Made by a program: the position numbers and the translations under genes | Part shown: positions 43,627-57,417 of the stretch, in pieces | Layout of the letters: every line of letters starts with the position of its first letter | Numbering within the stretch: position 1 is the first letter of the stretch | Source: Eledone cirrhosa | Taxonomy: Eukaryota | Length of the DNA stretch: 64,000 nt | Assembly (NCBI GenBank): GCA_964016885.1 | Contig: OZ024743.1 | Coordinates: 244,962,001 to 245,026,000 of the forward strand | Direction: 5' to 3' | Notes under the pieces: generated by a model | The model's database searches: none | What the model was told of the DNA's origin: nothing | What the model saw: only the letters and a program-made list of their open reading frames with translations

Positions 43627-44999
43627 TGTAATAAACAACATAAGGCAATTATTCCATTTACCAGTGGTTTCTTAAAAGCAAAAAATTTTGCTTTCAATCA
43701 TCAGAATGAAAAAATCATGGACCAGGGTTTTTTTCATTCTGATGATTGAAAGTGTAGCGGTTGTCTCCCTTGTTTTGATTAGGATCTAGACGGGAGGTGG
43801 AACCCTTTCTGCAACTTCCGGTCAGAGCCCTATAAAACTAACAACTTTAAGCTTCCTTTCTCTCTTTGCCTTTTCGGCACCTCACCAAGAGCCTCTCATT
43901 TGGCTCTGCCATTAATTTGGCCAACAGGCGCCTGGCCTTAGCCAGGCGTCCTCTGCCAGCCGCGTTTGCCTGGCAATCAAAACGGTAACTACTAACTTTG
44001 TTTCATTCTAACATCTATCTTTGACATGTCAAGTATACTATCTACCGTTAATTAAATATTATACACACAAACCATGTCTCGTTTTGTTACATTCATACAA
44101 CCCAGTATCCTCGCTATAAAAGCAACATTTTTTGCTTTTAAGAAACCACTGGTAAATGGAATAATTGCCTTATGTTGTTTATTACATAACTATTAAGCTC
44201 TGTTACCTACATAGAGCACTCTTTTTCCTGGACTTTTCCGACGGAATTACTTCACATATATATATATATACAAATAAAATATAGAGTTCTTAACTCATAT
44301 AGATACCCTGCAATTAACAAGCTCAAAGTATAAATACTGAGCATTATAATATTAATATGTGTAGAAGTAAACACAGTAAATCCTGTGTCTAAAATTACGA
44401 GGGTAGATTACACCACAAATGTTATATATAATTCAACCTGAATCATATGGGATGTTACAAGATTTCTTATAAGATTTCTCATACATACTATATCAATAAC
44501 AATTTCATCTCCCGGACAGACTAAAGATTTAACCTGTTTCATCCTGAATAAATCGTGTTTGTAACAAGTAATCCGTAGGCATTTCGTCAGCGAGAGATAA
44601 GATTAAATGATACACAACACATATAACGAGAAACTCACTACAGTTTACACCTCGTGCGTTGAAAGTCATATATATATATATATAATGCACACTATACTTT
44701 CTCAGTTTGTATTCCTCTCCTGGGAGCCAAATGTCTCTCGTTAGAGAATCACTATTGAGTAGGAAGGACTATGTGCTCAATCAGGGTTGAGACTAAACAA
44801 CAACAAAAAACAACAATATCTACAAGGAGTTATTTCATGTTCTCATGTGTGAAGTAAATGGGAGGAATTAGTCAATTTCCCTTCACATTGCCCAAGAAAA
44901 TATATTTGCTGACTACTTAAACCCCTAAGCCATGCGTCTCCAAGGTTAAATAGAATAAAACAAAATAATAGCAAAAATATATATACAATAACAGGATTC

Positions 45000-45240
45000 T
45001 ACTATGTAGTGTCAAAGGCCCAACTCCCTATATCTAAAGTAAGGACCAGATACTACAATAACTTGGGGTTTAAGGGCTCTCAGATCTTTAATATATTACC
45101 AAGAAACCTGAAAGACCCACAGAACGATTTCAAGAATCCTTTCGGCATTGTGCTCTCTAAGATCTCAGATGAGACCACAGCATACCAAGAAGCACAAATG
45201 AGGGCAGCGGCCTTACTCTATCATCAATGACTATAGAAGG
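45000..45240 (+). pseudogene. 3' end fragment of a LINE ORF2
   Basis: RTRYYNNLGFKGSQIFNILPRNLKD..FK..LSKISDE resembles the C-terminal tail of CR1/Jockey-group ORF2s. Confidence 0.55.
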
Positions 45241-45436
45241 ACGGTTATAGAAAGTGTAGTAACAATTGCGGTGCACCAGCATGTCCTCAGCTCGTCAGCT
45301 GGAAGAAGTTTAAAATAATGTGTGCACTGTAACCTAGTTTCGGTGGCGCTTTACTATATACACAGGACATTGTAGTGTGAGGGTGTAAAATTGTATGACT
45401 TCATGACTACCTCTCGAACAATGTATGTGTGTGTGG

Positions 45437-45546
<110 letters not shown>

Positions 45547-45917
45547 ACGGGTTGACATGCAAAGATACGTGATAAGAAAATTACACCTGCACAACTACAA
45601 TGCCCTGTACATGTAGTGTAATGCAACAGAAACCAGGTTACAAAGGACACAAATCACAGCCGATTTACATGGCGGGTTAAGGCAATATATATACACACAA
45701 ACAAACAAACACACACGCATAACACACTCTGGAGTCAAGATTATCAGTTACAAGGAAAAGAGATGTCTCCAAATCATTGTCAACTGAACCAGGTGCTTTT
45801 TTTTAGATGAAGATTTCTTTGTTGCTGTTTTCCTTTTCCTGTAACTTTGTGTAGACATTCTCTGAGTTCTTTTTGATTTTAGCTCAGTAAAGCCTAAATC
45901 TTTATTAGGTTCACTGT

Positions 45918-45953
<36 letters not shown>

Positions 45954-45967
45954 GTGTGTGTGTATAT

Positions 45968-46151
45968 ATATTTAATATAGAAATGGCTTCTACAGGACTA
46001 GAACTGTTTCGTTCGAAGGAAATCATCAGGGCTTTGAATGAATGAAACAGTTCTAGTCGTGTAGAAGCCATTTCTATATTAAATATTTAATATTTATACT
46101 CTGCTATGTATTGAGTACCTTACTTACTGTGGTTACCCTCGATTGAATCCG

Positions 46152-46152
<1 letters not shown>
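45968..46152. mobile_element. Fold-back repeat with HHR core at the centre
   Basis: Arms 45968-46014 and 46040-46086. CUGAUGA on the minus strand at 46023-46029. Confidence 0.7.
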
Positions 46153-46182
<30 letters not shown>

Positions 46183-46413
46183 GTGAAAGAGTGAAGAAGA
46201 ATAACATGGTCGGCTGTACAAAAAGGGTTTTATTTACAGTATTAACAATTGTTTCATTGATCAGGTGAGTCTAAAGGCCGCTAATCACTCGAAATTGCGT
46301 CAGTCGACCTTAAATACAGTGTGTGTCTCTGATCAAATCATCGGAAAACTAGCTATAGTACTGAGTACTCACAAGCTCTAACTGGATTACCTAAAACGAT
46401 GACTTGTTATCCC

Positions 46414-46466
<53 letters not shown>

Positions 46467-46471
<5 letters not shown>

Positions 46472-46775
46472 GGTAAACAGAAATAACAACACAATCGGTA
46501 CAGTATATGGAAGGGATATATTAGGTTACCGCTTGATATAGCAGGAACAGGGTCTTAACGTTTCGGACGCTAGTCCTTAATCGGAAGAAAGAATGTCAAA
46601 TAAAATAGATTGAGGGGACGGGCGGGATGGAATTGGAAAAAGATGTCTTTAGATTAAAATAACAGATCCATTCATGTTGACATCTCTTGCAAAACTGTTG
46701 GTGGTGGCGTTTTGTGTATGATTTATTTTTTAGAAAAGTGGATGATGGAGCGCGTCTACCTGAAATGGAAAAAAA

Positions 46776-46815
<40 letters not shown>

Positions 46816-46892
46816 ATACGTCCGTACGAAGCTAACAAGAAATGTGTGTGTGTATATGAGTAAAAGAGTGTGTGTGCATGTAAGTACGAAGC

Positions 46893-46937
<45 letters not shown>

Positions 46938-47342
46938 TATATATACATAGACACACACACGTGTGTATGGTTGTGTTATATACTAGGGCTACATATGCCT
47001 GGTTGATATGTTATTCATTGTCTCCTTCATATAACTTAATGTGTTCACTAATGGAGAAATTTTTTCATTTCTCGCACCACTGAGTGCTTAGGGACTGCCT
47101 CAAATAATTCGACTGGTGGCTACTCTATTGCAGCTTCAGCTTCGATCAACATGTTATTTTTATATAAAGACATTTTTTTCCAATTCCAACCCGCCCGTCC
47201 CTTCAATCTATCTTATTTCTCATTCTTTCTTCTGGTGAAGGACTAGCGTCCGAAACGTCAAGACCCTCTTCCTGCTATTTCAAGCGTTAACCTAATATAT
47301 TCCTTTCATATACTGTACCGATTGTTGTTATTTCTGTTTATC

Positions 47343-47347
<5 letters not shown>
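46467..47347. mobile_element. Fold-back element with ~190-bp inverted arms carrying HHR copies, inserted in (TG)n/(CA)n
   Basis: 46467-46660 is the inverse of 47157-47347. HHR at 47228-47263 (CUGGUGA, ggac-tagc-gtcc, GAAAC GUC); decayed copy at 46553-46588. Confidence 0.8.
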
Positions 47348-47407
<60 letters not shown>

Positions 47408-47734
47408 ATAGAGAATGTCTGTCTGTCTGACTCCCTAAAACTCTAGAACCACCCAACCGACTTTTTTCAAACTTTTCACATGTAATACTTATGGTCCTGT
47501 GAGTGTTTTGAACAAAAAAATGTTTTCAATGCCCTAGGGACCGCATTAGGCGATTTACCGATCTCTCTTTATAATTCTTAGTCTTTCTTTTTATATAGAT
47601 ACATAGATATAACGTTGCGCCCTTATAATATCAGTCTGTATGTCTGGCTGTCTGCATTACGCCATTATGACGTCGCTATATGTGTGTATATATATGTATA
47701 TATAGTGTGTGTGTGTATATATATATATCGTGTG

Positions 47735-47852
47735 TAACGTTTTTCAAAATATTTACTTCTGCGTTCACAGATTGATTTTTTTTTAGTTTCAGAAGATCCC
47801 GTTAAGGGTAAAAGCAGCGATTCTTTGCTTAAACTTTAATCTGCTATTTTAA

Positions 47853-47855
<3 letters not shown>
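47735..47855 (+). mobile_element. PLE tail fragment containing the CAGAAGA HHR-like motif
   Basis: Matches 16937-17052. GAAA is mutated to AAAA in this copy. Confidence 0.75.
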
Positions 47856-47899
<44 letters not shown>

Positions 47900-48059
47900 T
47901 GTATATATATATATATATAAAATGATATATTCGTGTACAAATATTTTTGCATACACAATAACAAAATATAAACAAACGTATTTATTTCACGAGGCTCGAT
48001 AAGGATAAATATATCAGAACCCTAGAGCAAATCCCGAGCAACGCCGGGCCATTCTGATA

Positions 48060-48094
<35 letters not shown>

Positions 48095-51000
48095 GAGAGA
48101 GAGAGAGTTGTTGAAGGGTATTTCGTTCAAACAGGAAAGAACCACAATTAAAGTATAGGTACAAGGCGTGTTTTTATAGGTAAATATGTGTATGTGTGTA
48201 TGTATGTACAGGTGTGTGTCAAATGATAAGTGTATGTGTGTTTGATCGTTGTTGACCTTTACTTGAAATGTGAGCGTACTTGTGTGTGTGCTTCAGTGAT
48301 CGTCCCCTAAATATGGTGGGAAGTCGTCAGAAACATCCTTGCTCTTTGTGGTGCAACAGGTGTGCATATAGTGCAATGTTCAGTTCTGCGTCGTTTGCTG
48401 TCGTGTAAATGTCACACCAGCCAGACATCAGTAATTTAAATATTTCATATTGTGCGTGCGTTAGTGATTAGGGTGTTCAGCTTACGATCGTACGGTCATG
48501 AGTTCAGTTCCCGATGGTGGCACGTTGTGTCCTTGAGCAAGACACTTTATTTCCCGTTACTCCAGTCCACTCAGCTAAAAGAAAAAATAGCTATGTCTGA
48601 GAATTGCGTTTATAATAATAGTGTCTCGATCGTTCAGCCACTTCCGCATTCATTTCACGAGTAGGCTATTCCGTTGATCAAATGACTGTTACACTTGTTT
48701 CGGCATTTAAAATCATCTTTATGTGAACCCACCCTTCTTTAGGCATGTAGTCAACCTATTTCTTCTAGAGACATAGAGAAGCTGGAAAGAATCAACCACA
48801 GTATTGGACTGGTACTATATATATCGACCTCGAAAGGATGAAAAGTGACCTCGGCAGAATTTGAACTCAGAACGCAGAGTCGGAACGTAATCCTGCAAAG
48901 CATTCCATCCAACGTTCTAATGACTGTCAATTTGCTATAAACCACAGTGACTCTGTCTTGTAGTAAATATCTGGCTGAGAACGTACAACACACATCTCTG
49001 GTTAATATGGTACTAAATCACTGTTCACTAGTAACTCCAGACCTTATGTAATCCACAGTAACTCTGCCTTACTCTCTGAGATCTAACATATCTAAAGTCT
49101 AAAGTCTGTCTCAAGCTGAACGATCATCAGGCCGGTTCTTATTCCGGTTTTTTGTGGCGTGAAGCGACTGGGAGTACAAGACTTCCCCCTGGACAAGACG
49201 CCAGTCCATCGCAGGGTTAAACACCCACCTACTCATTTTCAGCTGAGTATACTAGAGCAACGTGAAATGAAGTGTTTTGCTCATGAACACAGCACATAAG
49301 CTAGTCCAGTAATCTAACCTACAACATTATTATCATAAGTCCAACATCCTTACCACTAGGCCACACGCTTTCACACATATAACATACATCTGTGGTTAAT
49401 ATAATACCAAATCAGTGTTCACAAGTAATATCATACTGTGAAATCTACAGTGGCTCTGTCTTTCTGTAAAGGAAGACTGTTTGAGAAGATGTAACGTACA
49501 TCTGTGGTTAATATAATATTATATCAGTGTCACAAGTAGTACTATATTCTATGTAATCTGCAGGAACTCTGCCTTGTAGTAAAGGTCTGCCTGAAAAGAT
49601 GTAACACACATCTGTGATTAATACAACCCCAGTAACTCTACACTATTAGGAATCCATTGTAATCCAGGGAAGGGGGTATATATGAAATGAATGTGGTAAA
49701 TATAGTAAAGTAATCTCTAACAGACTTAATGTATTGAGCAAAAACACCCCAATGAAAACTCTAACTGATTTAAAGAGACGTCACCGTTAGATCAATGATT
49801 AAATATAAGGTAGGGGAGACAACTCTAAATCTCAAATAATCAAAATAGGTTTACTACATCGCTGAAATCTATGTTAATTTAAATTTAAATTAGAAATAAA
49901 CGTAGTGAAGAGGGAAACATTAACACATATAACTAATATTAATTAATCTGATTTTTGGCAGACACATTTGACAACTCTGGACATGTTGTAGTATTGCTAT
50001 ACCTCCTCAGGGAAACATACTCTTTAGTCATACCTGTCTGATCTGTAATAATAGGATTGCTGTATGAATGCAAGATAATACACACTGGTAGGCAGGTCCA
50101 CATATGACAGAAATCACTCAGGGACGCCATGTGCATGGAAAATACTCAGTAAAGAAGGCAGTAACACATTTAATGTGGCAAACAAGAACATATTTATGTA
50201 AAGTATCATTATTTCCGCTTACGGCGAAACGAAACATATTTTCTTTAATGTCATTATACCGAGTTCTACTCATGGTTTGACATCGAGACTATTTTATGAT
50301 ATGGTCTCTCTATCATCTACCATCTTCTATTTCTCTTTACGGGTAGCATATTCTCCAGATAGATTTCAGAGATACCACCCCTTGTTCATTGTCATTGCAT
50401 TGAGTTCTGCTCATGATGGACATCGAGGCCATTTTATGATTAGGTCTCTCCATCTACCACTCGGATATGCTCTGCCTCTCTTTACAGGTAATATACTCTC
50501 TTAACAGATTTTAGAGAGATTACAAATTGACCTCGTGGCCAACTGGTCTCATGTCGTGAGATTTATTAATGAAAAATTAGAGTTAGATATTATATCTATG
50601 AGAAATTACAAAAAAGAAAAAAGAAAAGAAAACAGCTAATTTTTAATAAAATTAAAGGCTAATCTTTCAAATACTTTAATTATCTCATCCAAATTAATAA
50701 CAGATGGAAGAATTTTAACAATAATCTAAAATTCTACACTCTTGTGATAAACCATGAGCGAACATACCTTATGATAAATGGCGTTCCAGTCAGGACCTTT
50801 ATATCTTTCTAAGGGTACCTAGGAATACGTTATCCAATCTGTCCTTCCCTTTTTCAAGACAGTGTGTGGTTTAACTATTTTGATACCACTTCTTGCTTTT
50901 CAACAACCTTCCACTAACCCTTGTTTTCCATTGCCCCTCTTGAGTCTCTCAGGTCACTCAAATGAGCTTAGTAGCACCCACTTTCGGAATCAGTGGTCTG

Positions 51001-53555
51001 GTCAGAGCCGGTGATACAATTAAAGCCAATTTTGCAGATGCCTAAAGCACAAACCTGAGAGAGGCATATTATTCAACCTTTAAGGATCGCAACTTTGTAT
51101 AAATTTATATAATTAATTTAAGTATATAATATTTTCCTGCGATCGATATATAAATCAATAAACATCTTATCGTCCTCAAAAGAAACGGTAAAGTCGGCTC
51201 GGGTTAGATTTGAAGTGAGAAATTCACGAGACGTATCTAAATACTAACTACAAGGTACTTTACTCGATGCACTACCGATTCTGCCAACTACTGTCTTAAC
51301 TGCACAAATAATTAATTTCTTTGAAAAAATAATAGGCTCAAGACCACAAATGTTATAGTGCTGGTGGAGGGGTGTTGTTGATTATATCGATCCCGGAAAT
51401 TAACTGGTATTTTATTTTATCAACACCGGAAAAATGAATGGTTAAGTTGAGCCTCGGTAGATTTTGGAACTCATAAGCAAAAGAGCTCTAGCGATCACAA
51501 ATAATGCCTTTAATCCTTTCGATATCAACTTGACCAAAATCGGCTCTGGTTATATAAAACAAAACCACCCATGTTATGAATTCCTATTTAAATTAAAACC
51601 ACCCAACATGATTTTATATAGGATTTATATGTCAAGTTACTATCTTAGTAATGAGATAATTCATAATTTTAGTAAACCCCTCAAAATTCTTCATTAATTT
51701 ACTGAATACAGTCAGAAAGGGGTTTAAAAATAATAATGAAAAAAATGAAACATGATCAAAGGGAGACAACTCTGAAATTTTGAATTTATGTAGTTTATTG
51801 AAATTTGTCAATATATTTTCATTTGTTTGATAGAGAGATACATAATATAGAAAATGACATATTTGGAAGTAAAACTAGATAAATGATGATTGAGATGATG
51901 TCGATGATAGATCAATAAATAATGGAATGATGATATGAAGTCTGTGATTCACGAGAGTGAGTCATTATCAGCAATGCACTTATAATTTTTTTTTCCTATT
52001 GTCAGAAAAATTAGTTGTGCACAAATGACTAGACGTTGTCTCACTACAGCCATTAGGGTATATACAGGGTTACTGCTACATGGAGAGCGTGTTATAAGCT
52101 GTCATGATTTAGCAAGGATGACTGTGGACTGTGTAGTAAAAAAAATGTAGACTAATGTGTTCAGAGCAATTGTCAAAAACTAGGTTCATCAGCTTGCCCA
52201 ACTGTGTGTTAAAATTTATCTTATTAGGGGAAAAGAATGGAGCGAGAAGAGGGAGCACATTGTAAGGCTAACCTAGGTTGCAAAATACCCATGTGCTGGC
52301 CCTGGGTATAGGATTGAATTTGAAACATGAATTAAGTTGTTATCACATTAACCATGACCTGACCACTCCACTTTACGTTTGCTCCAATAAAGAATGAATG
52401 AATTAAAAATTTGTTAAATGATCATACAAGCATTGTACATGAAGAAGGATATAAAAGCCTGATGATATCTCATACTGATATCAACACAGAACAAGCCATT
52501 AATATGGTTCTGTTGAACAGTAGAGTGATTGCAGCAAAAGGTTTGCAAATTAGTCATGGCTATGAAAGTGGATGGAGCATGGCCAAATGGTTAAAAAGTT
52601 TACTTTGCAATCATTAGGTCCTATGTCATTTACCATAGCCCTGCATCCATCCAGGCTTTGTGAGTGAAATTGGGTAGACTGAAACTGTTTGGAAGCCTGT
52701 TGGATGGGCTGTATCTGTATTACTGACTATGTCATGTTGAATCTCTCAGAGAATTACATTAATCCTTTAATATTTACATTACTCTATATTTACTATTATA
52801 TTTTTGCAGTAAAGGCTTTATCTCACATAATTATTTCACATAATATCAAATCTATGAGATTTTGATGTTATTTATTTTGAGTACTTTATTTTAATGTCAG
52901 TATGAAGGGCTGGTTATGGCCAGCTTGAACAGAAAGGGGTGACAGAATTCTGGCCGGATACAGTCGGTTTAAAGGTGTATGTGTTTGTGGAATGTTTAAC
53001 CACTTACATGTTAATTTCAAGAGCAGGTTATTCTATTGATGGAACATTGTTGAAACTAGAGCTCCATTCCACGCCTATGAAATTATTTCCAACAAACTTG
53101 GTCATCATTAATGTAATAGCTAATTCTAATTTAGGCCCAAAGCCTGCAAGCTTGAAATGGCAGGGGAAATTAATTAAATCAACCTTAGCATTTGACTTGT
53201 ATTTTATTTTATCAACCACCAGAAGAATGAAAAGCAAAGTTAATCCTTTGTGGAATTTGAACTCAAAATGTAAAGAGCCTGAAAAAATACCACATAGCAT
53301 TTTGTCTGATGCTCAAACAATTCTGCCAAATCCTCTGCCATTATTGTTAATGTAATAACAATGACAACCTTACTGATATTTCAAATTCAATCCTGAACTG
53401 TAATTATAAGAGAAAGACCACATGTAGTGTGTCATATACAACTAATTTTCCTGCCAAGAAGAAAAATAGAACAATAAAATAATTATGGATAATTAATGAC
53501 CCACCTTTGAATATTTTATACCAATTGCTTAAAAAAAATGTGTGTGCATGTGTAC

Positions 53556-53635
<80 letters not shown>

Positions 53636-53864
53636 TAATAAAAACAATGAATAAAAACAAAGAACAAGTTCCTTATATTAAAAAATTCATCATTTTACAA
53701 TCGTTTCTAGGATATATATGTGTGTTGGTATGTATATCATATAGATTTATGTAAAAATATTACAAACTATCAGAGGAAATATACATACCTTCACATATAT
53801 ATGCTGTCTTCAGAAATGTATATATATAAACAATATAATAATTTGTAAAATGGAGAGTACAAGT

Positions 53865-53896
<32 letters not shown>

Positions 53897-54380
53897 CTAA
53901 TTATCATGGTGTTTATCTGTGAAAGTTGCATTTCATCAACATGAAGAGTAACAGGTTCAAGCAGTTAAAAGCACTCCACATCAGTCGTATATATCCAGCA
54001 TTGTGATGGCAATTAATCATGATGGAGTTTTCATATATGATATAATGTTAAGACAGATGTTATGTTTACATAATTGTATTTATTACATTATACGTATTTC
54101 AATGACTTTGTGGGTAGTTATTTTGTAATGGTTACATCTGTAACTTGCATCAGTGTGACATCATCAGGATGGAACTATTTTGCCTGTGACATATCAACAT
54201 AACAACTTCACATAATTGTGGTAACATCTGCGGTGCCAGTTACTGATGTAACCATTACATAATAACTATCCACCATGTCATTGAAATACATATATCGTAA
54301 TAAACACAATTATGTAAATATTACATCTGTCTTAGCATTATTTTATATATATAAAGGTAAATTCTATGTTATATATAATT

Positions 54381-54450
54381 GATTCTGATGATTTCTCTAC
54401 AAAGGTATTGAAAGCAACAGTCTTTGGAGAAGAATGAAACATATGTAAAT
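54381..54450 (+). ncRNA. Type I hammerhead ribozyme with extended stem II
   Basis: att CUGAUGA; stem II ttctc..caaag / ctttg..gagaa; GAAAC-AUAU-GUA; aat. Preceded by TA repeats. Confidence 0.65.
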
Positions 54451-54499
54451 GAAACAAATAATGTATTAATTGTTAAACCTTGGTGATTTATCATTTGTG

Positions 54500-54543
<44 letters not shown>

Positions 54544-54868
54544 GTGTTAAACGATATTCAATGATTATGTCAAAGAATGAGTTTTACAGTAGATTGGAAG
54601 CACTCTACGGAAAAATAATTTTCCGGAGTTATTAATATTAAAATATTATATTTTAATATATATATATATATATTTTCAACCTGTTAGTTCTTTCGTTACT
54701 TTGGTATTGTGTGTCAGATTTTGCCTACCACAATGTTCAATTTGTCAAGCCGTTTAAACGTATGTTATTACTCTAAGGACCTACCTTGTCGAGTGCTTTG
54801 CTAACTCATTCATATCGTAGGTCGAATTTGCTTGCACACCGCCAAAGATTCGATTTTACTAAGCCTCC

Positions 54869-54904
<36 letters not shown>

Positions 54905-55548
54905 CGGAATAACAGAAAACAAAAAACTGACTAACGCAGGACACCCATTATTATGTTGCTGGTGTAGCTAGTAGTTTTTGTTGCAGTTTAAACCCTAGTA
55001 TACCTAACTGAGCAGACCTAGGATGAAAAGGAATCCAACATAGACCATCCTATATTATTTCAAGACGGTGAGTATGTAATTTGAATATTATTTGGCTGCT
55101 ATTTCTAGCAGGTCAGGTGATCATGTAGAGGGCCCCCAAGAGTATGACTGGTATATAATCAGCAGTTTTAAAAATCCGATTTATACATAAAATTATTTAT
55201 AAGGTGGCATAAAGTGCCAGGACTTATTCCAGCTCTTCAACGGGCTAAATGGTTCATAGATACTTTCTCTAGACAGGATTCTAAAATATTTATTTGCATC
55301 ATATAAATTTGTTTATTATAAAACAAAAAATCAAAAAAAATTCTTTTTAAAAAAGCAAAAAGAAATTATCGTTTTGTTTTGTTTTTTCTTTTTACATATT
55401 TTGGTCCCATATTTTTCGTATTTACCAAGCCAAAAATACTAAATTACTCTTTAAAAAAATATAGAAATCTCAAAAAAACTTTTTTTTGTTTAAATAAATA
55501 AATGAAAAATAAATAAAAATGAAAATAATAAAACTTAGTGATTAATGT

Positions 55549-55713
55549 TCAGGAACATTTCCAAACAACAATAGCAATGTTTCCACCGAAGAACATGTAC
55601 AATAAGTTCTTCACTTCATGAGTAATTTCAAAACCATACCCCTCACCAACTACTGCATGCCAAGAAGCACCAAATTTCTTGTCCATTGTTTCTTTAATCA
55701 TCTTAGCAGCAGT
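55549..55713 (-). CDS. DNAL4: Axonemal dynein light chain 4, last coding exon
   Basis: Minus strand: polypyrimidine/cag acceptor (55714-55716), then TAAKMIKETMDKKFGASWHAVVGEGYGFEITHEVKNLLYMFFGGNIAIVVWKCS* (55 codons, phase 0). Closely matches the DNAL4 C-terminus as I recall it. Not in the ORF track. Confidence 0.95.
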   Translation of the reverse strand, partial: TAAKMIKETMDKKFGASWHAVVGEGYGFEITHEVKNLLYMFFGGNIAIVVWKCS

Positions 55714-56167
55714 CTGAAAAATAAACAAACACTATGAAACACGGCATTACTATTCTTGGTTATAATATTTGACACTAGCGATTTCAACTTTAGGGTGTGT
55801 ATATATATTTACACGCACACACATGTATAGGGATGTGTGTGTATATGTATATTTAAAAAAACCGATGAAGTTTCGTTTACAATTATTGAGATTTTTATTG
55901 TGTATCGACCTGTTATGTGTATTTCGCAGAGTATTGGCTCAGGGTCACACTATATTTTTTGTCACATCACCAGTCTGAAGTCAGGTCCATAACTCCTGAG
56001 CCAATCCTCAATGAAATGCATGTAACAGGTCGATACACAATAAAAATCTAAATACATGTAAATGAAATGTCATCATTTTTCTTAATATATACACTCTGCC
56101 TGTGTGTAGAGTGTTTGTTTTGGTACCACCACCAGTAATTCACTGAATCACCTGCACTATATATATA

Positions 56168-57417
56168 AGGGTGCGGACGGTATTTGAGGACAGATTTATG
56201 GTTTTAAAAAAAAACGCTTATATAATAACAGAAAAAAAACCTATGTTCTTATAAAAATAACATAAACATAAAGCTAAATTATCAATTTAATAATTTCATT
56301 CAATAAAACCACCTGAAGCATCAATAACTGCCTCCACGCGGGGTTGAAATCGTTTACAAGCTCGGATTAAGTGGTTCTTGTTCATATTGGACATGATTCG
56401 AACTATGGCGGCTTTCAAAGAAACTTTGGTGCTATGAGGGTGTTCATTGACATTTTTCTCAATGATGCTCCATACATAGTAGTCCAGTGGATTGAGATCT
56501 GGAGAATTAGGAAGCCAAATGTGATCAAGCAAATTGTCGGCCACCTATTCTTGTGTCATTTGAGCCTTGTGTGATGGTGCAGAATCTTGTAGAAAGGCAT
56601 AAGGCTTTTCATTGCATACACTGTTGATCCAAGGCTCAACAACTTTATCCAGAACGCAACAGCATTCCCCCTAAGGCCTTATGGAAAAAAGTGAGGAGGC
56701 ATCACATGTCCTTCATTGCTTCAACACCCAAAACTATGACACTTGCAGAAAATGTTGTGAGCATTACTCTTGGAACCTCAGAAGGGTCTGCACATAGCCA
56801 CCTGTCATTTCTTCTGTTAGTTTTCTGGTCCTGGTCAAAATTTTTTTCATCTGAGAAAAACCAATTCACATCATCTTCTGATGGATTTTTAAGTTTGTTC
56901 AAAAGTCTTTTGGATCTGATTAAATGGTTTTCTTTTGTTTTTTTCTGACATGAATTGACCCCTCCTCATCACGTAAGATTTGTATCTGATGTCTTCATGC
57001 ACAACATTTCTGATTGTTTTTTCTGACACACCAACATTTTTTGCAATTGACCTTATTGATTTTCCTGGATTGTTATCAATGTTTTGCTTAACTTCCTGAA
57101 TAAATTCAGGTGTCCTGATAGAATCAGAGCGTTTGGAATGTTTTTTTTTATGTTTTGATACAGGTAATACACTTCCATCTTCTTTCTCTAACTCACACTG
57201 AATCTTATAGACAAAAGATCTTGCAAATTTCAGAAAACGAGAAATTTCTAAATCACTATGCTTAGCCTTCAAAGCCACAATCACAGCATGCCTTTTCATT
57301 TCATTAGTAAGCATAGTTATTTTCATTGTTATTTTCTGAAATAGAAGTTCAATAAAAATTAGTCAAATAAAATAATGACTAAAAATGCATGTGTCCTCAA
57401 ATACGGTCTGCACCCTG
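56168..57417 (-). mobile_element. Tc1/mariner (maT/DD37D-like) DNA transposon in a DNAL4 intron
   Basis: TIRs agggtgcggacggtatttgaggaca / tgtcctcaaatacggtctgcaccctg, with TA on both flanks. Confidence 0.9.
56296..57326 (-). pseudogene. maT-like transposase, frameshifted
   Basis: HTH region (SIRSIAKNVGVSEKTIRNVV), WFFSDEKNF, LQDSAPSH, WLPNSPDLNPLDYYVW. The D-D spacing is 33 in this copy, probably because of a short deletion. Confidence 0.88.
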
